A stretch of 64,000 nt of DNA. It comes from Phycisphaerales bacterium (GTDB lineage Bacteria > Planctomycetota > Phycisphaerae > Phycisphaerales > SM1A02). A model generated the notes under the pieces. That model was not told where the DNA came from. It saw nothing but the letters and a program-made list of their open reading frames with translations, and searched no databases. The DNA lies in the NCBI GenBank assembly GCA_046350355.1, contig JAXMAN010000002.1, positions 70,042-134,041 of the forward strand, in the 5' to 3' direction. The position numbers were made by a program, and so were the translations under genes. Numbering within the stretch: position 1 is the stretch's first letter; each line of letters opens with the position of its first letter. Shown here piece by piece: positions 35,134 through 43,141 of this stretch.

Positions 35134-37359
35134 ATGAGCATCGCCGCCTTCTCCGCCCGTGCCGCGATCGCGGCGACGGCGGCCCTCGGATGCGCCGCCT
35201 TTGCACAGGTCGACCCGGGGGACTGTGGCGCCTGCTGCGCCGTGCCGCCGCAGGTCTCGGGCTTCACCGCGCCCGCGCTTGTCAGCACCATGGGCGGCGT
35301 CGTCGGCTCGGACTTCGTGGTCCACGCCTTCGGCGTCGGCGGCTGCACCACGCAGCCGCCCGGTCCGTGGGTCAACCCGCCCGCGTTCCGCCATCCCGAC
35401 TGGACGCTCGCGAAGCTCGGCTCGGTCTTCGGCGTGACCGTCGACAGCCAGGGCAACGTCTATGTCGCGCACACTTCCGTCTACGACATCGACGCGCTCG
35501 GCACCGTCGGCGGCGGCGGGGCGGGCGCGATCTACAAGCTCGACAGCGCCACCGGCACGCCGAGCCTCTTCTGCACGCTCCCGAACTCCGCGCCCTGCTC
35601 GACGCCCGGCACCTTCTGCGCGCCCGGCATCGGCAACCTCACTTATTCCTGCGAGCACCACTGCATCTACGCGACCGACTTCGAGGACGGCCGCATCTAC
35701 CGCATCAGCATGACCGGCGCGCTGCTCGAGGCCTACAGCTTCGGCGACCAGGCGATCCAGAGCGCGGCGCCGATGCAGAACGACCCCATCGGCATCGCGC
35801 CCTGGGGCAAGCGCACCTGGGCGGTGGCGGTCGCGGGCGACCGGCTCTACTTCAGCGTCGTCCGCGCGGACATGAGCTACTTCCCGCAGATGCCCGGCGG
35901 CCCGCCGGGACCGCCGTATCCGCCGCCGGCCGCCGACCAGGAGATCTGGAGCATCCCGCTGACGCCCGTGACCGGCGCATTCGCGAGCGGCAACTCCACG
36001 CTCGAGATCCGCGTGCCCAAGTGCAACGTCGGCATCGTCAATCCCTTCAACACGCCGCTGCCGCCGGGCATCCTCTCGAACCCCGTCTCCGACATCGCCT
36101 TCGACGGCGACTGCTGCATGTACCTCGCCGAGCGCACGATGAACGACGCGACGACGACGGGCGCGCACTGCTCGCGGCTGCTCAAGTACTGCCGCGGCAC
36201 CGACGGGACGCCGTGGTCGCCCTCGAACGACCTCTTCGAGGTGGGGCAGACCACCTGCTCGAACATCTCGCTGGCCGCGCCCAACTCCGACGCGGGCGGC
36301 GTGGGCATCGATCCCAGCACCTGCAACCTGGTGTGGACGACCGCCGACTACATGGAGATGCCCTGGTGCAACGGCCCGGGCTGGTACTACGGCATCAACG
36401 GCCTGCCGCTCACCGGCGGCGTGAACGCCGCGGGCCTGCATATCGACATGAACGGCGACGTGAGCTACTTCGACAAGACGCGCATCGGCAGCGTCGAGGT
36501 CGCATGCCGCGTCGCGGATCCGTGCACGGCCAGCGCGGTGGCGACCTGCCATCTTGGCCCCGACGGGCTGCCCGACGGCACCTACGACCTCTCGATCACC
36601 GTGCACAACGGGCTCGACGGGCAGGCCGCGAACTTCATCCTGCTGCCGGATCTGGGCACCTACATCCCGCTGGTGCCGCCGCTGAATCCGGGCGAGTCGC
36701 GCAAGCTCACGACGACCGTCACGGGGCAGGGGCCGGGCACGCTCACGCTCGACATCGGCCTCTTCAACAGCTTCGGCGCCGATGGGCAGTGCTGCGGCAT
36801 CCTCGATGTCGAGGTGGAGCTGCCCGACTGCGACTGCATGCTCGTCGAGCACCTGACCGTCGACTGCACGGACGACCGCGATCCGACGACCTTCTGGTAC
36901 GACGTGCAGTTCACGGTGCGCAACACGAGCGCCTTCGTGGCCTCGCACTTCTTCATCATCCCGGTCTCCGCAGGCGTGACGACCGTGCCGCAGTACGTGG
37001 CGCTGCCGGCGCTGCTGCCGGGCCAGACCGCGCCGATCTCGTTCACCCTCAAGTTCCCCGGTCCGCCGCCGGTCGGACCCGACGGCCTCTGGCACACCTC
37101 GATCAGCTTCAGCATGCACAGCGCGAACCTGGCGATCTGCTGCAAGAAGGTCTGGGAGATCAGCGGTCCGCGCGAGTGCGCCGCGCCGCTGCTGGGCGAC
37201 CTCGACGGCGATGGCGATGTCGACGGCGCCGACCTCGGCCGCATGCTCGCGGCGTGGGGCGCCGCGGCGGCGCCCGGCGCGCCGGGCGACCTCAACGTCG
37301 ACGGCACGGTCGACGGCGTGGATCTGGGCGTGCTGCTGGGCGCGTGGGCGCCCCGCTGA
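35134..37359 (+). CDS. Large secreted protein (741 aa) with C-terminal dockerin-like repeats
   Basis: Signal peptide MSIAAFSARAAIAATAALGCAAFAQ. The body is Cys-rich with beta-propeller-like motifs (NVYVAH, RIYRIS). The C-terminus is [23 protein letters not shown] ... DLNVDGTVDGVDLGVLLGAWAPR. Confidence 0.8.
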   Translation: MSIAAFSARAAIAATAALGCAAFAQVDPGDCGACCAVPPQVSGFTAPALVSTMGGVVGSDFVVHAFGVGGCTTQPPGPWVNPPAFRHPDWTLAKLGSVFGVTVDSQGNVYVAHTSVYDIDALGTVGGGGAGAIYKLDSATGTPSLFCTLPNSAPCSTPGTFCAPGIGNLTYSCEHHCIYATDFEDGRIYRISMTGALLEAYSFGDQAIQSAAPMQNDPIGIAPWGKRTWAVAVAGDRLYFSVVRADMSYFPQMPGGPPGPPYPPPAADQEIWSIPLTPVTGAFASGNSTLEIRVPKCNVGIVNPFNTPLPPGILSNPVSDIAFDGDCCMYLAERTMNDATTTGAHCSRLLKYCRGTDGTPWSPSNDLFEVGQTTCSNISLAAPNSDAGGVGIDPSTCNLVWTTADYMEMPWCNGPGWYYGINGLPLTGGVNAAGLHIDMNGDVSYFDKTRIGSVEVACRVADPCTASAVATCHLGPDGLPDGTYDLSITVHNGLDGQAANFILLPDLGTYIPLVPPLNPGESRKLTTTVTGQGPGTLTLDIGLFNSFGADGQCCGILDVEVELPDCDCMLVEHLTVDCTDDRDPTTFWYDVQFTVRNTSAFVASHFFIIPVSAGVTTVPQYVALPALLPGQTAPISFTLKFPGPPPVGPDGLWHTSISFSMHSANLAICCKKVWEISGPRECAAPLLGDLDGDGDVDGADLGRMLAAWGAAAAPGAPGDLNVDGTVDGVDLGVLLGAWAPR

Positions 37360-37364
37360 CCTCC

Positions 37365-37398
37365 GGAAAATATGCCGGGCATGCCCGGCATATTTTCC
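37365..37398. repeat. 34-nt palindrome copy C (exact)
   Basis: It begins 6 nt after the stop of the 35134..37359 gene and ends 12 nt before the next ATG. Confidence 0.9.
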
Positions 37399-37409
37399 AC
37401 CCGATCCGG

Positions 37410-38327
37410 ATGACCGCAGAGCAGACGATCCAGCGTCCGATCCAGCCGCCATTCGCCAGCGCCGCCTGTCCGCGCTGCGGGCATCGGTGCGAGATCGATC
37501 CGGAACAGCCGCTCGCGCCGGTGCGGTGTCCGGATTGCGGGGGGGAGTTCGTTGGTGGGCGGGTGTGGGACGTCGCGCTCGCGGATCCGGCCGCGCGTCG
37601 GCGCTTCGCGTGGGCGCTGATCGTTGGTGGAGGGGCGTGCGTGCTTGGGATAGTCGCTCGAGAGGCGGGCCCGGTGCTCGTCGCGCTGGGTGTGCAGGTC
37701 GCCCGCGACGGACGCGGTTTTCAAAGCGCATGGATTGAACCGCTCCTGACGCTGATGGCGCATGTCGCGCAGTTCGTTTCCATCCCGGCGCAGTGGATGC
37801 TGCTTCGTGCTGGCCTGGCCGAGGCACGGCGCCCGCGCGCGATCTGGGCAGCGTGGGCGTGGCTGGTCGTGCAGTCGCTGTGCGTGTTGTTCAGCCTGCT
37901 TGTCCTTGCGGTGTGGATGAAGGATCGCGATCCGGGACAGTTCAGGCAGATGCAGGCGACGTATGAATCGATCAGCGGGTCGCTTGGAGGCGTGCCGGGG
38001 AACCTGCACCTTTCGATCGCGTTCGCCATCCCGGCGGGCGTGGCCATCATGCTCCTGCTCCTGGGCCTGCCTTCCCCCGGTTTGGTCGGACGATCGGTGA
38101 AGTTGGCATGCTTGATCATCGCCGCTGGCATCGTGCTGCCGTTCATGGTCCGCAGTGCGATGTCGATCCTGTCTGCGGTGGACTCAAACACGACCGTGCA
38201 GTTGGCCCAATCGGCCGCGTTCCGCGTGATCCACAGCGCAGCCACGCATTGGATCCCGTCTGCCACTGTCGCCATCGGCGGACTCATGCTCCTGCGGACG
38301 GGGATCCGCATGCGGGGCGCGCGATGA
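37410..38327 (+). CDS. Polytopic membrane protein with N-terminal C4 zinc ribbon
   Basis: MTAEQTIQRPIQPPFASAACPRCGHRCEIDPEQPLAPVRCPDCGG is followed by 5-6 TM helices. Its stop overlaps the next start (ATGA). Confidence 0.7.
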   Translation: MTAEQTIQRPIQPPFASAACPRCGHRCEIDPEQPLAPVRCPDCGGEFVGGRVWDVALADPAARRRFAWALIVGGGACVLGIVAREAGPVLVALGVQVARDGRGFQSAWIEPLLTLMAHVAQFVSIPAQWMLLRAGLAEARRPRAIWAAWAWLVVQSLCVLFSLLVLAVWMKDRDPGQFRQMQATYESISGSLGGVPGNLHLSIAFAIPAGVAIMLLLLGLPSPGLVGRSVKLACLIIAAGIVLPFMVRSAMSILSAVDSNTTVQLAQSAAFRVIHSAATHWIPSATVAIGGLMLLRTGIRMRGAR

Positions 38328-38911
38328 AGCCCCGCGCGCCGCGCCGCCTCCGCATCGCCGCGTGGATCGCGATCGCGGTCGCGCTCGGGGCGGCCACGCT
38401 GCAGGTCGCGAGCGTCCGCTGGTCGATGCGCTACGCCTTCGAAGCCGGCCCGCTCAGCGTCTCGCTTGACGCGGCCGATGGGCTCGCCGCGATCTGGGTC
38501 GCGACCAAGACGGGCGTCATGGGCGTCTACGACGTGGGCTGGCACGCCTCCCGCACTTCGCCGGCGCCGGACGAGGGGATCTTCGGTCGCGCGCTCGGCG
38601 GCTCCTGGCGATGGATCCTCGCCGAAGGCGGCAACGAGGTCATCCCGCCGCACGCGCACACGGTCTGGCGGCTGCCCGGCATCATCGAGTACGAGAGCGA
38701 TCCCGGCATGTGGGCGGATGGCGGCGTCGCGCGCACGCTCTCCTTCGTGGTGTGGCCGATCCCCGTGATCGCCGGCGCCTGCGCCTGGTGGCTTTTCGGC
38801 GCGGCGCGCCGCGCGCAGCGGCGCGCGACGGGTCGATGCGTCCGCTGCGGCTACGACCGGACCGGCGTCGCCGCGGGCGCGTTGTGCCCCGAATGCGGCA
38901 CCGCCGCCTGA
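38324..38911 (+). CDS. 2-TM membrane protein with C-terminal C4 zinc ribbon (family member)
   Basis: The N-terminal TM is MKPRAPRRLRIAAWIAIAVALGAA. The C-terminus is WWLFGAARRAQRRATGRCVRCGYDRTGVAAGALCPECGTAA. Confidence 0.7.
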   Translation: MKPRAPRRLRIAAWIAIAVALGAATLQVASVRWSMRYAFEAGPLSVSLDAADGLAAIWVATKTGVMGVYDVGWHASRTSPAPDEGIFGRALGGSWRWILAEGGNEVIPPHAHTVWRLPGIIEYESDPGMWADGGVARTLSFVVWPIPVIAGACAWWLFGAARRAQRRATGRCVRCGYDRTGVAAGALCPECGTAA

Positions 38912-38942
38912 AAATATGCCGGGCATGCCCGGCATGTTTTCC
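38909..38942. repeat. 34-nt palindrome copy D (two mismatches: TGAAAAT... and ...CATGTTTTCC)
   Basis: It overlaps the TGA stop of the 38324..38911 gene. The next gene's ATG is 31 nt downstream. Confidence 0.85.
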
Positions 38943-38972
38943 GCCACGCGCATCTACGATCCGCGCAGCACG

Positions 38973-39701
38973 ATGGAACTCCGCCCCGCGAGCATCGTCA
39001 TCCTCGACATCAGCGGATACACGAAGTTCATCCGGATGCACCGGCTCGCGGTCCTGCACGCGGAGCACATCATCAACGACCTGCTCGAGCACGCGATCGC
39101 CGCCACCGGCGCGCCGCTGGTCGTCAACAAGCTCCAGGGCGACGCCGTCCTCATGTACGCGGTCGCCGACGACCACGCGCCCGCCGCGCGCGCGATCGTC
39201 GAGATGGTCACGCGCTCCTTCGACGCCTTCCGCCGCCGCGAGCTCGAGCTCGTCAGCGACTGCAAGCTCTGCCCGTGCTCCGCGTGCACCAGCGTCCAGA
39301 ACCTGCGCCTGAAGGCGATCCTCCACCACGGCGACGTCGTCTTCAAGCGCATGCGCCAATTCGAGGAGATCGCCGGCCAGGAGGTCATCGTCGCGCACCG
39401 GCTGCTGAAGAACTCGATCGAGGCGGACGAGTACATCCTCGCCACCGACGCCTTCGACCGGCTCTTGGGCGGCGCGATCCCGGGCCACCGCCGCGAGGCG
39501 CGCCAGGAGCAGTGCGAGGGCATCGGCCCCGTCGCGGTCGCCGCGTACTTCGCCCAGGGCGCCGCGCCCGTCGCGCCGCCGCGCCGTACGCTGCTGCAGC
39601 GCGTGGGGATGTCGCTCTCGATGGACATGCACCTGCTCAAGCGCATCTTCCACCGCCCCGAGGGATTCGAGAATCTGCGGGCGGCGCAGGGCGGGCGCTG
39701 A
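38973..39701 (+). CDS. Hypothetical cytoplasmic protein (possibly DUF2652-like)
   Basis: MELRPASIVILDISGYTKFIRMHRLAVLHAEHIINDLLE... A conserved-looking core. A Cys cluster is CKLCPCSAC. The family assignment is from memory only. Confidence 0.6.
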   Translation: MELRPASIVILDISGYTKFIRMHRLAVLHAEHIINDLLEHAIAATGAPLVVNKLQGDAVLMYAVADDHAPAARAIVEMVTRSFDAFRRRELELVSDCKLCPCSACTSVQNLRLKAILHHGDVVFKRMRQFEEIAGQEVIVAHRLLKNSIEADEYILATDAFDRLLGGAIPGHRREARQEQCEGIGPVAVAAYFAQGAAPVAPPRRTLLQRVGMSLSMDMHLLKRIFHRPEGFENLRAAQGGR

Positions 39702-39755
39702 CAGCTGCGCATCGCCGCGCACCGTTTCGATGCACCGCTCACCGAGGAGAGATCC

Positions 39756-40901
39756 ATGACCCGCTTCCGGATGGCGTTCGTTTCGACCCTGCTCGCACTG
39801 CTCGCGGCCGCCGTGGCGCATGCCGGAGAGGAGAAGGCGATCCCGATCGGCGGCGCGACGCTGCACATCGCGGTGCCCGAGGGATGGAGCAGCAGCATCG
39901 ACAACCAGACGCCGCCCACGATCACGCTCAAGGCCGCCGATCCGTCGAAGGCGAACCTGCTGCTCACCGCGGTCGGTCCGCAGACGACCGACGCCGCGCT
40001 GCGCAAGGCCGCGCTCACGACGGGGAACTTCTACGCCCCCGGTTCGGTGGAGAAGAAGGTCACGTTCACGGAGGTCAAGGGCAAGGCGATCCACGGCTTC
40101 ATGTCCAGCTACACCGACGCGAGCAAGGGCACGGTCGAGTTTCGATATGTGACGGCGGGAAACCTCGTCAGCGGCAAGCGGGAGTTCATCGCGACCCTGC
40201 TGACGCAGTCGAAGGACGCGCCCGAACGCGCCGCCGGGCTCGAGGCGATCCGCTCGATCTCCGTCGTCGCGGACGGTCCCGAGGGCGCGCCCGCGGGTGC
40301 ACCCGCCGGCGGGGCCGCGTCGAAGTCCGCATCGCGCGACGAACTGCGCATTCCCAGCCCCGACGGCTCCTGGGTGCTGGTCCTGCCCGGGAAGTGGCGG
40401 TCGCGCGGCGTGCAGGTTTCGCCGGACGGCAAGGCCGCGCAGGCCTCGGCGATCTCGGCCAACGGGCTGATGATGACGATCTTCCTGGAGCCGGCCGCGC
40501 AGTCCGACGGGAACGCCGAAGCCGCGCGCGCCTTCTACCTCGAGCGGATGAAGGAGAACCCGCTGGGCATGGACGGCCTCAAGCAGCAGCTCGTCGGCGA
40601 GGTCGCCACGCTCGAGTACGACCAGGGCCTGGGCGACTTCACGCAGCACAACCTGAACGCGTACCTCGCGCACAAGGGCATCTGGGTCGACGTCCATGTC
40701 TCGAAGCCCGGCTTCAACGAACGCACCGACCGCGCGACGATCGACGCGCTCGTGAAGGGCATGCGCGCGGAGGATCGGACGCAGAAGTCGCTGGATGGCG
40801 GCTCGGGGTCCAAGGCGCAGGGGACGAAGCAGCAAGGGTCGAAGCAGCAGGGCTCGAAGCAGCAAGGCACGAAGCAGGGGGCGACGCCGCAGAATCCGTA
40901 G
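39756..40901 (+). CDS. Secreted hypothetical protein
   Basis: GGAGAG lies upstream. Signal peptide MTRFRMAFVSTLLALLAAAVAHA. The C-terminal repeats are QGTKQQGSKQQGSKQQGTKQ. Confidence 0.7.
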   Translation: MTRFRMAFVSTLLALLAAAVAHAGEEKAIPIGGATLHIAVPEGWSSSIDNQTPPTITLKAADPSKANLLLTAVGPQTTDAALRKAALTTGNFYAPGSVEKKVTFTEVKGKAIHGFMSSYTDASKGTVEFRYVTAGNLVSGKREFIATLLTQSKDAPERAAGLEAIRSISVVADGPEGAPAGAPAGGAASKSASRDELRIPSPDGSWVLVLPGKWRSRGVQVSPDGKAAQASAISANGLMMTIFLEPAAQSDGNAEAARAFYLERMKENPLGMDGLKQQLVGEVATLEYDQGLGDFTQHNLNAYLAHKGIWVDVHVSKPGFNERTDRATIDALVKGMRAEDRTQKSLDGGSGSKAQGTKQQGSKQQGSKQQGTKQGATPQNP

Positions 40902-41077
40902 CAGGGGAACACGCCGTCGGCGCCGCAGGGGTGAGGGATGAAAGGCCGCGTCACCTGCGCGGTTATCAAGCAGGAATGCCACTTGCGCAGGTGCCGGAGA
41001 GACCCTATGATTCCCCGTTCCGAGATGGGGCGCGCGCGATGTTCGAAGTAGCGCACGCGCGCCCCTCCGGAAGTTTT

Positions 41078-41149
41078 GCGGGTGTAACTCAGTGGTAGAG
41101 TGCCACCTTGCCAAGGTGGATGTCGAGGGTTCAAGTCCCTTCACCCGCT
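41078..41149 (+). tRNA. tRNA-Gly (anticodon GCC)
   Basis: GCGGGTG-TA-ACTC-AGTGGTA-GAGT-G-CCACC-TTGCCAA-GGTGG-ATGTC-GAGGG-TTCAAGT-CCCTT-CACCCGC-T. The cloverleaf has a 7-bp acceptor stem, a GTTCAAGT T-loop and a GCC anticodon. No CCA is encoded. Confidence 0.9.
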
Positions 41150-41155
41150 CTCCGA

Positions 41156-41188
41156 AAAGGCCCTCCTTGCGAGGGCCTTGTCGTTTTT
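41156..41188 (+). terminator. Intrinsic terminator of tRNA-Gly
   Basis: GGCCCTC-cttgc-GAGGGCC followed by TTGTCGTTTTTGG. Confidence 0.6.
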
Positions 41189-41209
41189 GGCACCGAAACT
41201 GGCACCGAG

Positions 41210-41446
41210 TCATCTCTGTCGATGCACAAGATCGCCTGCGCGAGGAAGCTCCACCTCGGCGTAGACCTCGGTCACCGGAGTGTGCTGGTGGCCAGCGACG
41301 ATGACGCCCTCGGCGTCCACCACGATGGGCTGGCGGAAGCCGAACTGGCGGATGCTCTGGGCGACCGCGGCGACGGCGTCGTCGTTGTCGCGGGGGTTGC
41401 CCGGGTAGGGACGGATCGAGCCGGTCGGCCGCAGCTCGACCTTCAC
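41210..41446 (-). pseudogene. ParB-like nuclease N-terminal domain fragment (truncated)
   Basis: 78 aa: ELRPTGSIRPYPGNPRDNDDAVAAVAQSIRQFGFRQPIVVDAEGVIVAGHQHT matches the ParB/Srx N-domain (NPR ... SI..G...PI.V...G.iiaGh.R). It stops after the domain, 58 nt from the tRNA 3' end. There is no partner C-terminal domain. Confidence 0.5.
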
Positions 41447-41580
41447 GTGGTCCCCCGGCGGTTCAGGTTGTCGGCAAGGCGATCGCTCACGCAGGGCTCC
41501 TGCGGGGCGACGCGCTCATCGTCGCATGCGCAGGGGCGGTGTCAAGCGGGCGGGAAGGGAATCTGAACTACGCTGCGGGC

Positions 41581-42057
41581 GTGCGCTTCCTGAAGCGGCT
41601 GACGATCCGGCTCCGGTGGCCAGCGGTGGTGGTGGCCGCCGCATTGCTAGCCGTCATCGCGCTGTCATGTCGCTATTCGTGGTTCGGCAGACTGCAGTGG
41701 GGGAACTCGACCTGGTCGCTGGGGGTCAACGCCACGGTCGTCGGGGGCCGCTGGAATGCGGACGTCTATCGGGACAACCTCGAGTACTTCCAATGGTTGG
41801 GACGGGCCGATTGGTCCGCATGGAGCATGGGAACCTACTTCGTCGCGAAAGCCTATGAGGACGTCCTGGCAGGCGCGTGGTTCGCGATGTGTCCGATCTG
41901 GTGGCTTGCGCTTCCGCCTGCGCTGCTCGCAGTCGCGGGCTTCCGCCTGAAGCGCCGCGAACAGACGCCCGGCCAGTGCAAACGCTGCGGCCACCCGCTA
42001 GCCGGCGCGGTGGTGTGCCCCGAGTGCGGCACGCCTGCGCCAGCATCGGCCGCGTGA
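41581..42057 (+). CDS. 2-TM membrane protein with C-terminal C4 zinc ribbon, tandem paralog 1 (GTG start inferred)
   Basis: VRFLKRLTIRLRWPAVVVAAALLAVIALS is TM1. The middle is a W-rich loop. TM2 is WWLALPPALLAVAGF. The tail is RLKRREQTPGQCKRCGHPLAGAVVCPECGT. Start is placed at the conserved GTG shared by the three paralogs. Confidence 0.6.
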   Translation: MRFLKRLTIRLRWPAVVVAAALLAVIALSCRYSWFGRLQWGNSTWSLGVNATVVGGRWNADVYRDNLEYFQWLGRADWSAWSMGTYFVAKAYEDVLAGAWFAMCPIWWLALPPALLAVAGFRLKRREQTPGQCKRCGHPLAGAVVCPECGTPAPASAA

Positions 42058-42259
42058 GCACGCGTCGACCGCGCGAAGAGTTATCTCAGCGGCCACTCGC
42101 ATCGCCGATTTGGACCAGATTTGGACCAGCGCATCCGTGCGCGTGTGTTTCCGTCTGCGCGTATCCGTCGCGACTATCGGCACTCAACCCCTTGTCCCCG
42201 CGTGCGTTGTGTGCTGATGTGTTCCGAAGTGGTGCGGAGTGCTACGCGACATTTCGCAC

Positions 42260-42306
42260 TTTGCCAAGGTGGATGTCGAGGGTTCAAGTCCCTTCCCCCG
42301 CTCTCC
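42260..42306 (+). repeat. Direct copy of the 3' half of tRNA-Gly (anticodon loop to 3' end plus 4-nt trailer), 45/46 identity
   Basis: TTGCCAAGGTGGATGTCGAGGGTTCAAGTCCCTTCCCCCGCTCTCC versus tRNA TTGCCAAGGTGGATGTCGAGGGTTCAAGTCCCTTCACCCGCTCTCC. Confidence 0.85.
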
Positions 42307-42307
42307 T

Positions 42308-42340
42308 GACGGCGCTCTGACGAGCGCCGTCTTTCGTTTT
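42308..42340 (+). terminator. Intrinsic terminator following the tRNA-fragment copy
   Basis: GACGGCGCTC-tgac-GAGCGCCGTC followed by TTTCGTTTTGG. Confidence 0.5.
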
Positions 42341-42452
42341 GGCATGCGGGGGAACTGATCGCTTCGAGCTGCCGCGCTGCGACACGCCGACGCCCGTGCG
42401 CGGAGGGCCGGTGTGGGGCGAACAACGTGGGGGCGCTCACTACGCTGCGCGC

Positions 42453-42941
42453 GTGCGCTTCCTGAAGCGGTTGACGATCCGGCTCCGGTGGCCCGCTGCG
42501 GTGCTGGTTGGGCTGCTCACACTCGGATTCGTCTGTTCGGCTTTCTGGGGGTGTCGAGTCGACCTGAGCTTCCTCGGGAGTTGGTGGATCCTCGACCTTG
42601 GAAACACGATCGCCACCCTCACTCAATACGATTCACAGCTCGATCCTGGGCGACCCTCTCCGGATTTGGTTGTGACCGGCTACTCAGTCAAGTGGTATCC
42701 GATCGAGGATTTCGACCTCTTCCTCAATGCGTGGGTCCGGAAGGGATCTTGGCCGGGGGTCGACTGGGTCGCACGGCTGCCACTCTGGTATCTCGCACTA
42801 CCTCCGGCCCTGCTCGCCATCGCGGGGTTTGTCATGAAGCGCCGCGAACCGAAGCCCGGCCAGTGCCAGCATTGCCGCCACCCGCTCGCCGGCGCGGTGG
42901 TGTGCCCCGAGTGCGGCACGCGACCACTCGCCGCGTCCTGA
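42453..42941 (+). CDS. 2-TM membrane protein with C-terminal C4 zinc ribbon, tandem paralog 2 (GTG start inferred)
   Basis: VRFLKRLTIRLRWPAAVLVGLLTLGF... The C-terminus is LAIAGFVMKRREPKPGQCQHCRHPLAGAVVCPECGT. Confidence 0.6.
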   Translation: MRFLKRLTIRLRWPAAVLVGLLTLGFVCSAFWGCRVDLSFLGSWWILDLGNTIATLTQYDSQLDPGRPSPDLVVTGYSVKWYPIEDFDLFLNAWVRKGSWPGVDWVARLPLWYLALPPALLAIAGFVMKRREPKPGQCQHCRHPLAGAVVCPECGTRPLAAS

Positions 42942-43141
42942 TCTCGCCTTGAATCCAACGAGCTGCCTCCGCTGCCACTCATCACGCAACATCGGCCCCT
43001 CCGCCGTCCCGTAATCGCATTCGTTGACTGTCGCGCGTGACTCCACGCGCGTTCAATGCGACGCTCTGGTTGCCGCGGAGTGCGCCACCGGCCATCCGCG
43101 CACGCCCGCTCATCCACTCAATCGCCCCACCTCCCCCAACC

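Larger units (their letters stand above)
41150..42306. mobile_element. Degraded integrated element or island remnant at tRNA-Gly, bounded by the tRNA and a direct copy of its 3' half
   Basis: The attL-like site is the intact tRNA and the attR-like site is a 46-nt 3'-half copy. Content is the ParB-like fragment and one zinc-ribbon membrane protein gene. No integrase is present. Confidence 0.4.

Noticed and set aside
34900-37827. 975-aa minus-strand ORF and the 1045-aa plus-strand ORF 35190..38327
   Set aside because: Wrong frame or antisense of the 35134..37359 secreted protein. They read through the palindromic repeat, which is stop-free in all frames.
18527-38942. Recurrent peptide motifs KYAGHARHIF / ENMPGMPGIFS / KICRACPAYF in six track ORFs, which might suggest a protein domain family
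   Set aside because: They are translations of the same 34-nt DNA palindrome in different frames, not a protein motif.
38682-41213. 843-aa minus-strand ORF running through the tRNA
   Set aside because: It overlaps tRNA-Gly and three plus-strand genes. The product is R/L/A low complexity.
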